Below are positions 13,310 to 29,050 of a stretch of 64,000 nucleotides of DNA, in pieces. The stretch covers positions 134,416,001-134,480,000 of the forward strand of contig NC_042998.1 in NCBI RefSeq assembly GCF_006345805.1, read 5' to 3'. A program made the position numbers and the translations under genes. Each line of letters opens with the position of its first letter. Within the stretch, counting starts at the first letter, position 1. The notes beneath the pieces are model-generated. The model saw only the letters and a program-made list of their open reading frames with translations. It made no database searches and was not told where the DNA came from. This DNA comes from Octopus sinensis. Its lineage: Eukaryota.

Positions 13310-13960
13310 TTTTTTAGGAAGCCCTTTTATTTACAATTAAACTACAAATCAACTTTGTTTCCTTCAAAATAGTTCCCTCTGAAAGCCACACAGCACTCAA
13401 AATGTTGATCCCTCTCTCCACAGCAATGCTAGAGCTCAGGAATCGAAATGGCCTTAAGTTAGTCGGTCTCAGCTTTTTTTTTCCAACGTGCCAAAAATAT
13501 GGTCTTTGAGATGAATTTTCAATCATGGAAGAGAAAGAAGTCACGCATACTCACGTAAGGCGAATACGGGGGCTGAAGGACAACTCTGTGATCGAAAGCA
13601 CAGAAATTGGTCAAAAACTTAATGAAAGGTCGTGTGGTTCAAATTCAGCTTCTCGCTAATCAATCTGACGGTTAACAAACGGTCAGATTGCACGAGGTTT
13701 CTGATTCGTTCCACATTTTCGTCATTTCTTGAAGTTGATGACATTCCTGATCGTGGGTCATCTTCAACGGATTCTTGATCTTCTAAAAAAAAGGTTTTGA
13801 ACTATCTGAAAATCTGTGAGCTTGATAAAGCAGTCTCCGCGTGAACCTGTTGAAGCTTTGTGTAAGTTTCGGTGTGGCATTGTATCCGAGTTTGAAACAA
13901 AACTTGATCGCACAGCGTTACTCGTAATTGTGCTCGCTCATTTTCAGAACACACAAAACA
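13310..13960 (-). mobile_element. Degenerate, internally deleted mariner element
   Basis: The minus strand gives ETYTKLQQVHAETALSSSQIFR*FKTF...ESVEDDPRSG (mariner N-terminus) and QPPYSP...DFFLF (YSPDLAP..D region). Confidence 0.75.
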
Positions 13961-14879
13961 AAATCTCTTCGCAAAATGTGCACTCACAGTTCACCTGTTA
14001 ACGCCACGTGGTTAATGCTGAACTGAAGCTTTAGGGTACGTTGATGTGGCAACACCGTAAATGGGAACCCCGCAGTGTTGCTAGATCGAACGTTATGAGA
14101 CCGATATATGCCTTCACCCCACCTAGAAGAATATACCTTCATTCCGCATAGAAGAATATGTCTTCGCCAACAGAACATAGGATAGCTACAAAATACCTCA
14201 TAAACAAGAGAGATAAAGATGCCGCCATACTTTCGTGTACTAGCCCTAAAATGTCTACAAGATATTATCTACTCTTGAGTCATAGTTGCAAAAACTATTT
14301 ACAATGCTATCCGCACGAAGGCATGCCCTGCTGGATACGTTAGCAAATAATAAATTTCCTATTTTAAATATTGGAGTAAAATCCTCTTTGTAAAGATCCT
14401 TTTCAAATATACTCTGTCATCATATCGCATTTCCCACGCCTCAGGACCACTGTAGATATTCTCTTCCTGAAAGCCGTTCCATATCGCCTGCAAATTCTAC
14501 CTGAATATCATCTACCGTCAAGAGTCGACATCCCTTCCGTTTCAGTTCCATTTTGTACATGGTTACCGAGAAATAATTGAATCTTAGTTTTTGGCTACTC
14601 GAGTGTCTAGACGTTTTTATCGGTGTGGTTTAACTTTGTGTTCATTTCCTCTTTGGCTTGCGGATGTGCTGTGATTTCCATACTCACAATTGTGTGGTCG
14701 CTTACGTTTAATTGTACACAGTGGTTTTATTTAAAACTTACAAGTTACTAATTACTCCCCTGGTGGTATTAAGAAATTATCTCTAATTCTATATTCTTTT
14801 AACGTATCTCTTGTTTCAGTGAAGATGAAGTACTTCTCGTAATCGTAGAGATTGTAGTATACAAAAAAATGTACTTATT

Positions 14880-15370
14880 GCAAAAGTTCATTATAGACCA
14901 GCTGACAATAAAGTTATCAATGCCGTGATCTTTCAAGCATCATAAGACTATTGTAGCATTTCTTTTGCGGATTAAAGGTGTACTTAAGGTTTAAGTAGCG
15001 GTTCTTGAAACTCCTCCCGCACATTCGAGTACATGATTTAGGGATTACATGTGTTTGAGGAACTGAGACAATGGCTCGGTGGTCTGGGGATTTGGTTTTA
15101 CATAAATTACTGACAGAAAGTAACCCTCAATTTTACAAACTACTGTTATCTCTCCTGTCTTGCAGATTAACAGAATTTCTGTAGGCCTGCTGATGAATGT
15201 CTATGAAATTAGTTTGCGGGTTCCCGAGTTTGTTATATGGAGCATTTCCTATACGTGATGTAGCTCTCCAGATCCAATATTCAACTATAGTGCACGTTTC
15301 AAATTTTCCAGTTAAATATTTTTGAAATACTTGTATTCTTTGGGAAAATTTTCTGAATAAGTTTTAGGAA
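14880..15370 (-). mobile_element. Penelope-like element remnant (RT C-terminus and GIY-YIG region)
   Basis: The minus strand gives LIQKIFPKNTSISKIFN..NVHYS (cf. PLE KIFNRNTVKVSYSC) and SFKNRYLNLKYTF. Confidence 0.55.
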
Positions 15371-15864
15371 TGATAATAATAGATTTTTACATCGATGCTA
15401 GATAGAGAGCAGAAATAGGATATGTTATTGATAATATTTTTTTTTATGGGTTTTAGTTTGGAGATAAATATAATTTTATCATGAAATCCACTATCCCCTA
15501 GCATTTTGTTATTGTGGCTTACCGTTCTGTCAAATGTTGCTTTCGGGAGAAAGAAATAGATAGTCAAGTAGTTAAACATGTATAAACGTAGAGAGATTAA
15601 CAGTCAGGTAGATATACGAAGCGATAGACAGACGGATAAATAAAAAGAGAAAGAAAGAATTATATGACTGTATGTATATGTATATGCAGTGCATGTATAT
15701 GTTACCACCGGTAACATATCTATCCGGTACCGGCATGCCACTACTTACCGTAATACGGTGCATACAGCTGATACCTACGGGGCTTGTTTCAACAAAAGTT
15801 GTAGGATGTCATGTGCAGTTACCAGCAAATGTCCATAATATGGTGTAGAGTTGTTAATCTGGAG

Positions 15865-15984
15865 CAGGGATTCCCAAAATGTGTTCTGCAAAACCTCGGG
15901 GTTCTCTGAAAGTTATCAGGGATTCCACGTTTTAAAAAATAATGTCAAAGGATTCCGCGGCAAAATAAAGTTTGGGAACCACTG
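15865..15984. mobile_element. hAT-like MITE, 120 bp
   Basis: TIRs CAGGGATTCCCAAA and TTTGGGAACCACTG; the 8-bp flanks ATCTGGAG and ATCTAGCG match at 6/8. Confidence 0.65.
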
Positions 15985-16690
15985 ATCTAGCGATTAACTA
16001 AATATTTTTAGGCTTACCGAAGTCTATTGAAACATGTTTCTCGTCATGTAAACAGACGAGTGTATAACGCATATGTTTATTGTATTTGGAGATGAGGAAG
16101 ATATAAAGGTCGTATGGGAGCCACTGATCTAGCGATTACTTGAATGTTTTTAGGCTAATCAAAGTCATGCCTTTGTACAAATTCAAACTGGCGTTTGCCA
16201 ATGTTCGCCGATGGTACTGTCTGTGAAAGACGTTTCTCACCTCGTAAACGTCTTTGTTGTGCTTCATAATGCATGCAGGCTTGGAGCATATCCTGTGCAT
16301 ACATTTTAGTAATAGTGATGTAGCACCCATCAGCAGATGTGTAGTGCTCGCTATTAAACGGTGTTTTACTATAAGCACCGAGCATCTCTTATTATAAAAG
16401 GCAGATTTTATCTGCCTCCCTTTGTCACTTATAGAAATCTACAATATAGGATTTCTTCAATTACAATTTACCTAGCATTTTTAAGAGTAGAATGCATCGG
16501 GTCATGCCAGGTCCAGTTTTTAAAATTTAAACTCCAATTAAGCAAAATTTACAGAAAACTCACATTCTGGTGTGTATGTCAAATGCTTTTCTTAGTCTGG
16601 TTTACAGCACACGCAAACGCACACACACAGTGTGCAACGAATAAAATGAAACTAATTCACTGTGTGTGTGTTGATAGGTAGACAATAGAA

Positions 16691-16733
16691 TGCGATGGCG
16701 ATGGCGATGGCGATGGCGATGGCGATGGCGATG
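16691..16733. repeat. (GATGGC)n hexanucleotide repeat
   Basis: About seven tandem units. Confidence 0.9.
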
Positions 16734-16942
16734 TAATATTTGTTTCTGTCTATCACGCTGATAGATACATGAGTAAAATGTATGGCAAGCTAAGAGATAA
16801 GAGTGAGTGAAAATGTTCTTGGAAGAGAGTAAATAGCGACAGAGTGATTTGAGGAAGACTAAACTGAAAGTATGAAACAGTGTTTATGTATAAACAGACG
16901 ACACTTATATATAGTTATTAATAAATGTATGCATCCGTTTAA

Positions 16943-17240
16943 CCCTTTCGTTACCAAACCGCCCGAATTTACCTATTCATATTTAAATGAGAATATCAGA
17001 GTAAATCTCTTTAGTACATTCGTGAAAACACGTATTATACTTCGTAAACACTTCAAATACAGTTTTGTACAAAAATCGAAGTGTAATTTTAATTCCGTGA
17101 ATTATGGGAGATTTTTTTTCCGAAATTTGTTCCTATTGTGTTTTCAAAATTTGTAATTCTGACAAAAAATGGATACGAATTTCATTATATCAAGCAGCGA
17201 GTCAGAATTCGAAGGATTTTCTACTGAAGACCTTCATAAA
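16943..17240. mobile_element. Possible piggyBac-like non-autonomous element end
   Basis: TTAA followed by CCCTTTCGTTACC; no opposite TIR found. Confidence 0.4.
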
Positions 17241-17268
17241 TCTAACTCTATGACTGAAAAAAAAAGCA

Positions 17269-17662
17269 TCTTTATATAAGAGTGAAGTTGTGTGTCTGTC
17301 TCCTACGATTTAGATTCGTAACTACTCCCACATTTTGCGGTGCAGTTTAACCAAAAGCGGGTATCTTATAGTCGTGATTCATATCGAGCCCTTCTGGGTA
17401 CTAGCACGCGTCTACGATGAGTCTACGATTTTAAAAAAATTTACCATCATATTTTTCCATTTTAATGCATTTTTTTCGCTTTTATATAAGGGAAGTAACT
17501 CTCTAAAAATATCTACGATGTGTCAACGATTTAAAAAAAATTTACCTTAATTTTTTTTCAATTTTTAATGCATTTTTTTGCTATTTTTTGGCTATAACTC
17601 TCTAAAAATGCTTATATAGTTATTTCCCTTACAACCCGAGCAACGCTGGGCGATACTGCTAA
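17269..17662 (+). mobile_element. Non-autonomous Helitron, copy 1
   Basis: A|TC start, subterminal hairpin CCCGAGCAACGCTGGG and CTAA|T end; homologous along its length to 35853-36245. Confidence 0.85.
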
Positions 17663-17764
17663 TTCCATTATAAGCACCAAGTATTCTATCTATAGAGTAG
17701 GCTACAGTAAAGTAGCCACACAATTTTGTAACTGTGTTATTTCCACGGACAGGAGGATACGCTA

Positions 17765-17905
17765 CCTTAACCCACAAATGTTGACCTGTTGTTCGTGAAA
17801 TTTTAGGGTCGACTTTTATACGGGGTCTATGGAAAATTCCCAATTTTTGGGCTAAAAATAGGGGCTCGAATTTTACATGCAATCGACTATTACTCGAGTA
17901 TATAC

Positions 17906-17907
<2 letters not shown>
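17765..17907. mobile_element. pogo/Tigger-type terminal fragment
   Basis: Ends in TCGACTATTACTCGAGTATATACGG|TA, a Tigger-like TIR. Confidence 0.6.
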
Positions 17908-17959
<52 letters not shown>

Positions 17960-18009
17960 ATATATATATAAACGCTAGAAGGGCTAGTACTTAATTTCGG
18001 CATTGAGTG

Positions 18010-18392
18010 TTATACAAATGCCAGAACTAACTGCTGTTGTATTGTACCAAATGTATCATCCACTCCTAAATTCAGGCTTCAAAATTCAGGTTCAAAGGCC
18101 CACAGCTCTTCAATACTCTGCTCAAAAAAAGGAAGAAATCTGCATAAGGTAGAAGTAGATGTCTTCAAAAAGGAACTAGACTTCCTTCTCTCCACAATAC
18201 TGGATGAACCAACAGTTCGACACGAGGTGCAGACGAGGGCAGCGGAATCAAACTCCCTTATACACTAAATGGATTTGGGACAAAGGCACATACAGGTGTG
18301 GTGATGTGAAACATCCCAGGCTGAGAAAATCAGAAAAACCACTGTGGTGCTCCAGCATGAGCGCAGCCACATGGCGGCTGAAACCAGTAAAA
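18010..18392 (+). mobile_element. CR1-like LINE 3' fragment, degenerate
   Basis: Homologous to 37890-38260 (GPQLFN, VFK.ELD.LLS.I.DEP); ends in gtgctccagcatg...gctgaaacca. Confidence 0.7.
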
Positions 18393-18394
18393 GA

Positions 18395-18425
<31 letters not shown>

Positions 18426-18627
18426 CGTACATATAGAGAGACAGATAGTTTTTAACACACACATACACATATATTAATTCACTCAGCTGGCAAAAAAGAG
18501 TAATCCTGCGCAGACCGGCGTCCCGTCCAGAGAAGAATATAAACACCAGAAAAACTAGGAAACCGATCCTATGCTCCTTACGGAGTAATGTAGGTTAACC
18601 AATATATATATGTAACTACACGTGTGC

Positions 18628-18790
18628 CGTTGGTGATTTCTTTTCCTTCTTTGGACTTTTCCTGTTCTCCTTTATGATGAAGAGCTGTGCTCGAAACGTC
18701 AAACTCTCTCCCTTCACTGAGCGTCAAGCAAATACATTTCTTATGCATGTCCTCATATTGTCGTTTATTTGAATTGTTTGTTTATTTGAA
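18628..18790 (+). mobile_element. Short hammerhead-bearing (Penelope-derived) repeat, copy 1
   Basis: ttggtgatt...ATGATGA AGAGC TGT GCTC GAAAC GTC...tgagcgtc; homologous to 28261-28445. The core has a C3-to-A change. Confidence 0.7.
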
Positions 18791-18939
18791 TCGATCATAT
18801 ATATATACACACACACACACACGCACACATATATTATATATTATGTGCATGTGTGTGTGAGTGCGTGTATGTGTGTGTGTGTGTGTGTGGTTGTGTGTGT
18901 AGACAGACAGACAGACAGACAGACGACAGACAAACAGAC

Positions 18940-19058
<119 letters not shown>

Positions 19059-19674
19059 CAGAAATGTAGTTGGCTAAGTAGGTATGGAAGTAGCTAGCAG
19101 GTAGGTTGGTTCACAGATCGATAAATAGATTTCCTTTGTGTATACTTATTTGAAGCGATTACGCGTGAAAAAAAAATCTTTAAAATAGATATATATATTT
19201 CTGGATATATGTACTCGTACGTACACATATAAGTGCATATTTATCACATAAGTCAATTATTTGGTTTAACACCACCACTTGATCTTTTGTTGCCTTTAAC
19301 AGAGTTAGATCTGCTGCTAAGCTTTCATTCCAAATACTGTTCCTTCTTTGCTCATCTTTTACCTGCAGACAATACCACGCTATTATTTGGATTGGTCATT
19401 GTTTGCAACAATATTATCAGTTTGGGAGAACCTCCAGAGATCGCAACTCTTGCACCTTTCCTAGATGTTCTGTATGCATGTGTGTATGTGTATTTATGTA
19501 TAGTTATACATTTATATATAAAAAAAACATTTAAGCATTAAAGTGAAGGATCATTCAATACCTTTCAATAGAGTATCAGATTTGTTTTATTTTGACTAGG
19601 AAAAGGGTAGCAGTCTTTTCGAAGTTTCGGTATAGTAGCCGTCATGTGATTAAGCAAGGTTTCCAAACTTAGTA

Positions 19675-19724
19675 CGTGTGTGTGTGTGTGTGTGGTGTGT
19701 GTGTGTGTGTGTGTCTGTGTGTGT

Positions 19725-19788
<64 letters not shown>
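19675..19788. repeat. (TG)n microsatellite
   Basis: Visible tandem repeat. Confidence 0.97.
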
Positions 19789-19792
<4 letters not shown>

Positions 19793-19912
19793 GGTTGAAT
19801 TAGATTCGTCCTTTAATTTGGAGGTTTCCCAAAAAATATTTCTAATATAGATTCTTCATATTTTGCTGGTAGCTTACTGGCGTAAATCTGCGAATATGAA
19901 AATAATACTTGT

Positions 19913-22811
<2,899 letters not shown>

Positions 22812-22814
22812 CGG

Positions 22815-23010
22815 GAAGCTTTATGAAAATAGACAAAAGACGAAGGCAGGTTTACGGAAATAAACAAAAGACGAAGGCAGGTGGATTACAAACAAACAAT
22901 TGTATTAGTATGGCGCTCAAGAAATATAAATAAAACAAGTCTTTAACGTTTCGAGCCTACGCTCTTCAACAGAAAGATACACAGAGAAGAAACACAGAAA
23001 GAAGGAGAGA
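22815..23010 (-). mobile_element. Short hammerhead-bearing repeat, copy 2
   Basis: The minus strand reads tcttt CTGTTGA AGAGC GTAG GCTC GAAAC GTT aaaga (22948-22972), followed by ttgagcgcc as in the other copies. Confidence 0.7.
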
Positions 23011-23239
23011 AAAAATATGCGTGCAGAGGCTAGCGAATCAACATGGCGATCTGATTTCGGCCAGAAGTCAAAGATCAGACGTGAGACGCAAGAGCAAAAT
23101 TAGGGGAGATAATAGGGTTAAATGACCTCGCTCCAACATAAGAGTGTGTGTGTGTATGAGAGAGTATTAGTGCGTATGAGAGGTCTGGACGTGTGTATGT
23201 ATATATGATGTGATGTGTAAAGTCGTATGGTGTAGTGTA

Positions 23240-23680
23240 GAGAGAGGAGATGAGGGAAGAGGGGGAGGTAAGGGGGAGGGGAGAAAGAAAGGGGAGAAGA
23301 GGAGGGGGAAGGGGAGAAGGAAGGAGAGGAGAAGAGGAGGGGGAAGGGGAGAAGGAAGGAGAGGAGAAGAGGAGGGGAGAGGATAAGAGGAGGGGAGAGG
23401 ATAAGAGGAGGGGAGAGGATAAGAGGAGGGGAGAGAAGGGAGAGAAGGAAGGAGAGGAGAAGAGGAGGGGAGAGAAGGGAGAGAAGGAAGGAGAGGAGAA
23501 GAGGAGGGGAGAGAAGGGAGAGAAGGAAGGAGAGGAGAAGAGGAGGGGGAAGGGGAGAAGGAAGGAGAGGAGAAGAGGAGGGGAGAGAAGGGAGAGAAGG
23601 AAGGAGAGGAGAAGAGGAGGGGAGAGGATAAGAGGAGGGGGAGAGAGGGGTTAGATGAGGAGAGGGGGAGAGTTGAGACC
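23240..23680. repeat. Polypurine GA-rich minisatellite
   Basis: Degenerate ~30-40-bp units such as GAGAAGGAAGGAGAGGAGAAGAGGAGGGG; almost purely purine on the + strand. Confidence 0.9.
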
Positions 23681-23777
23681 AAATGGCGTATAAGAACGAA
23701 GAGAGAAGATTATAGTACGTTTAAATATTTGTTGTGCAAGATTTTTTTATGTGAAGTCGTGTGTTAAAACAGATATT

Positions 23778-24015
23778 GTTATATTTCGGAATGGTCATTT
23801 TGCCAGTTTAGCCAATAAAAACACACGCACTATATAAGAAAGAAGAAAACAAAAGACCACTGATGCGGTCACAGGAGTGTGACGAAAGAACTCTGGCCGA
23901 AATAAGATTAAGATTAATGTAAAAAATAAATAACACTGAAGCAAAGTAACACCAAATATATAGTGTGTGTGTTTTTATTGGCTAAACTGGCAAAATGACC
24001 ATTCCGAAATATAAC
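23778..24015. repeat. 59-bp near-perfect inverted repeat (23778-23836 and 23957-24015) with a 120-nt spacer
   Basis: 58/59 identity on direct comparison. Confidence 0.95.
23855..23898 (+). ncRNA. Degenerate minimal type I hammerhead ribozyme motif
   Basis: gacca CTGATGC G GTCACA-GGAG-TGTGAC GAAA G AA CTC tggcc: 6-bp stem II, CCA/TGG stem I, and A9 changed to C. Confidence 0.55.
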
Positions 24016-24026
24016 TATATATATAT

Positions 24027-24069
<43 letters not shown>

Positions 24070-24176
24070 TATAGATATATATATAGATATATATATAGCG
24101 AGAGAGAGACAGAGAGACAGAGACAGACAGACAGACTGACAGGCAGGCAGGCAGGCAGACAGACAGACAGACAGAC

Positions 24177-24270
<94 letters not shown>

Positions 24271-24291
24271 GATAGATAGATAGATAGATAG

Positions 24292-24327
<36 letters not shown>
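24016..24327. repeat. Compound (TA)n/(GACA)n/(GATA)n microsatellite
   Basis: Visible tandem repeats. Confidence 0.95.
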
Positions 24328-24328
<1 letters not shown>

Positions 24329-24829
24329 TTACGGGTAGTTTCATTGGAAGAAACGAGAAAAAAAGAGGTTATAGGGAAATGGAAGTATAGAGAGAGTGAA
24401 GGTGAGACGAAGAAGAAGGAAAGGAAGAAACCAAATATTTATAGCAGAAAGAAAATCATGGTAAAAAAACTGTCTTCTGGTTTGACGGTAAATTCTTTGT
24501 TGAAAGTTGTTGGGTGACAATTGCTAAGCTGGTAAGTCGAACAAACACTTCCGCGCATGCGTAATACAATAAGGATGTTCTCAACTGTTATATGGGAATG
24601 TAAATATGTTTGCAAATTGTTTTTGTTACATGTTATTCTGTGTTCTGAATACTTTCATTTTAACAAATGTTGCTTACTGCAAGTTATGGATGATTCTTTT
24701 ATGACTTCATTGCTTTCAGGCTTAGCTTAATGTATTTTCGCGCCCGACATCACAAAATGTGTCTGAATAAACATTGTCTGACAGCAAATAGAGACTCGGA
24801 CATTGCTTAGAAAATATTTTTCATTTTTA

Positions 24830-24909
24830 ACCTCGTATATTGTACGCACGAGGGATTTTGACCTTTAAATTATGGGGGGAAAATGCGGATTATACTCGAG
24901 GATTTACGG
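24830..24909. mobile_element. pogo/Tigger-type terminal fragment
   Basis: Ends in GCGGATTATACTCGAGGATTTACGG|TA. Confidence 0.55.
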
Positions 24910-25039
24910 TAGTCTGTGTTAAACAGCGGTAAATCTTCAACTGGATGAATCCTGGCTGTGTAGATAAAGATAGTAATTAGTATTTGATGTTATTATGTAT
25001 TCACCTAGTAGAGAGTGAATACTGGCATACACATACATA

Positions 25040-25105
<66 letters not shown>

Positions 25106-25684
25106 TGTGTGTGGAATGGTTAAGGAGTTTGCTTCGCAACTAGAAATACTCAGGCTGGATCACACTGCATGGCAGCTTGGTTATCTTGACCCATAGCTTT
25201 GTGAGGGAAACTGTACAGAAGCCGTCAAATAGATTGAATCTGTAATTCAAAAGTGTGACCTTGTTTTACACACTGTCCTATGCTGATTCTTGTTGAGAAT
25301 TACATTAATAGCACTCGTGTCAGTGGTATATTCAGCCACTGACATGCTGATTCAATGAATAAGTAAAATAGTTGATTGCAGATAACATTATCCTCGTCAA
25401 AACTGACGGTGATCGATATGTGCATATATGTGATTGATATGTGCATATACGTGTGCGTGTGCGTATATGTGTGAGTGCGTGTGTATATACACATATGTGT
25501 GTCTGCATAAAGATATATATATATATATATAGACACATACACCCACGCATATATATATACATATATATGTATAAATATGTGTATGTATATGTGTATATAT
25601 ATATATACATAAATACACGCATATATATATATATACATACACACACACACATATATATATATATACACATACATATATATGTAT

Positions 25685-25727
<43 letters not shown>

Positions 25728-26359
25728 CATATTTGTGTGTGTGTGCGAGTATCTATGTGCGTGTGTATATATAGGTAAATAGATATAGACATCAATGTTT
25801 TTATGTAAAGCTATATATATATATATCACAGTCAAATATCACGTGGCAATCTTTACATAGAAGTTAACGTCAATGTTTTGTTTGAATGCTGAATGCTGCG
25901 TTATCTACATTGAGAGGACGCCTCATACGGACGCATGGTGCATAAAAACATACGTATGTATATCGTTGACCGACGGGAGTCATCTTGCTACAAGCGCTGG
26001 AACAGCCAGATCCCGTTATTTCGACCTACTCGTTCTCCTCAGTGACAGACTTTCGGTAAATGATGCAGTATTCGGTATTCTAACAAAATATCCACTTTAA
26101 GCTTCGCATAAAGATTACCTTTGGTATTAATACCACTTCTGTTGATAATAGTTATTTATTAGTAGAATGTTAAATTTTTAAAAATCACACAATGATTTTT
26201 AGCAAAGTACCATATTTATTTATTTTTACAAGGAAAAGATTAACAGTGACTTTGAAACTGTAGCTTACCTACCGTCGTCAGACTGACTAACGACGGCAAA
26301 TAAGGCGGCACTCCGAACACCCAGTCAACCTTATCTGCAAACACACACACACACACACA

Positions 26360-26406
<47 letters not shown>

Positions 26407-26789
26407 GACGTCTTTAAAGTGATTTTTACCGGATAAAGAACAGCAGCTTCAGGCGTCAAAAACAAGACATGTAAATACATGTTACTGACTATGTTTACAT
26501 TATAGAGCTGTTTCTATTGCATAATCTGAATACGCGTGGGCACGTACACACGCACACATATATAGATATACACACACACACATACACACAAGTAAGCACG
26601 TAGATGCAACTCAAGATGGAAAAATAGTACTCGAATACCAAAGGTAGCTTAATGTGCTGTTTACTAAAGCTGAAAAAATCTTTACAAACTGTTACTCGGG
26701 GTTTCACGCTACCATTCGTCAGACAGTTGCTACGAATGGTCACACGAAACTCTGAGTAAGAGTTTGTGAATATTTTTCGCTTTAATGAA

Positions 26790-26820
<31 letters not shown>

Positions 26821-28177
26821 GCAAACAGCTACCAACTTTCTAAGTTTCTAAGCTAGGATTTGAAATCGAATCCACATTTAACTACGAGTCCTCGGCCTAT
26901 TGTTTTAGCCTGTTGCGCTAAGACATTTATGAGTATAAGCTAATCTCTTGCTCTTTCTCTAGGTATTCATCACTCAAATTTGATTAGAAAGGAAAGATAC
27001 TTTGTTTTCACTTGATCTAATTTAGTTACGAAGAATATAAATACGTGAAACCAAATAGCTTACTTTCTTTTTGGGTCGACCCATCTTTGGTCGAAAAACA
27101 AATCTCGCAGTATGCTGATCAACTAGACTTTATTACTTTATTTCTCTTTAGTAGTAACTCACAGATGAAGCTACCTATCATACACAATGAACACGGTACT
27201 AAAGACAATTTATTTACAATCACAACAAACAAGCCGTGTACACAAACTATCGAAGAAGCTGTACGTTCTATATTGTAACGACTAACATTATAGCCATATA
27301 AATAAATGACCATTTTAATAATTAATTGATATTCTTCTTCACCCATTCGTTTATCCGATGCATCTTGACATTAAACTTAGGTCGTTAAATGTATATATAT
27401 ATATATGAATTTAAAGCCCGTTCAACCAAGCCTACGAGATAACCCAGTCAGATATGTTGCTTACCTACCAGACTCGTAAAAATGAAGGAAAAAAAACTGT
27501 CTAACGAAAGTAGGTTTGTTTGGGTCGTAGTTAAAAGCCTTCCATATCGTTGCTAACCGCAACGAATTTGTTACTTTATTGTTTAACACATAGTAATACA
27601 AATGAAATTCTGAACATGTTGCTGCATGATTAAATGATAGTGATATGTATGGTAGTTTACTGCAAAAACTACGAAGTGGTGTGGCAGAAATTTAAGAGAA
27701 GTGGGAGTTCTGGCGATGTATGAATGATAAACGAAGCCGGTATTGAATAAAGCATTGTTGTATTAAAGAGATGTGTGTGTGTATGTGTAAGCGTGCGAAT
27801 GTGCGGGCGCTTTTAAATGCTTTTGTATGAAGAACAAAAAACAACCGACAACAGAGAACATTTATAAATAGTGATCAATGTATAAATGTATGTGTTGTGT
27901 GTGTGTGAATATGCTGACTCAACATGTACACACACACACATGTACATCCATAATGCTGAAAACAGAGTGAAGACGAATGCAATTTTCAAACACTAACTAT
28001 AGATTCTTGTGTGTGTGTGAGTGTATGTATGTATGTATGTATGTATGTGTATGTATGTATGTATGTATGTATGTATGTATGTATGTATGTATGTTTGAAT
28101 GTATGTATATATTTATGTATCTAGGGATGTACATACACTCACACACACACATGTGTATGTATGTATACATACATACC

Positions 28178-28246
<69 letters not shown>

Positions 28247-28260
28247 CCGCGTGTGTATCG

Positions 28261-28445
28261 TTGGTGATTTTCTTTCTTCGTCTTCCCTTTTTTGGACCTT
28301 TCCTTTTTCTATGTTTCTGACGAAGAGCTCCGCTCGAAACGTTAAATCCTCCTTCTTTCTTTCCTTTCCTGAGCGTCCAATAACACTATACTTGTTCCAC
28401 GTCTTTGCGTCGTTGTTTTCTCTTTGTTCATGTTTGGATTAACTA
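28261..28445 (+). mobile_element. Short hammerhead-bearing repeat, copy 3 (intact core), between (GT)n and (TA)n
   Basis: Homologous to 18628-18790 and 22815-23010. Confidence 0.75.
28314..28346 (+). ncRNA. Minimal type I hammerhead ribozyme (Penelope type)
   Basis: ttt CTGACGA A GAGC-TCC-GCTC GAAAC GTT aaa: intact CUGANGA and GAAA boxes, 4-bp stem II, palindromic ACGU stem III, a GUU triplet and a short AU stem I. Confidence 0.72.
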
Positions 28446-28458
28446 TATACATATATAC

Positions 28459-28500
<42 letters not shown>

Positions 28501-29018
28501 TTGCGTCAGAAATTAATTAGCACTTCTCAAATTTCTACATTAAATAGGTTAAATCAATTAACCTATGAGCTGTTCAAAACGTCTTACGCGATGAGAAAAC
28601 TTAGTATGGTGTGATTTCGGTCCTTGCGAGGCGCTACCTATATCTATTAAACAAAGGAAGATTTGTCTGCATCCGCACTCCAATTTGTTGCACTGCTATG
28701 TCAACATCATAAGGCTGTAGACTCTCAAACTGCTCTGCAAACAAAGTTACGTCATCGTTCTGCGCAACAGTGAACTCGCAACAAAGCAATAGTTCGAGAT
28801 ATGGCCACTAGGTGACAGCACATACCTTGAGTGAAGAGCAAATCAAGGGTGCTAATTAATTTCTGACGGTAGTATATATATAAAAGCATACTGGGAGAAA
28901 GGAAAGAAACGAAACGAAACGACGCGAGGGCGCTCAGTCATACAATAATCTAATAAATAAAATATATGCATACATACATATATGTACGTACCTACATCTA
29001 CATGTATATATACATGCA

Positions 29019-29050
<32 letters not shown>

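Noticed and set aside
23167-23682. Pro/Ser-rich and Glu/Arg/Gly-rich ORFs
   Set aside because: Translations of the GA minisatellite.
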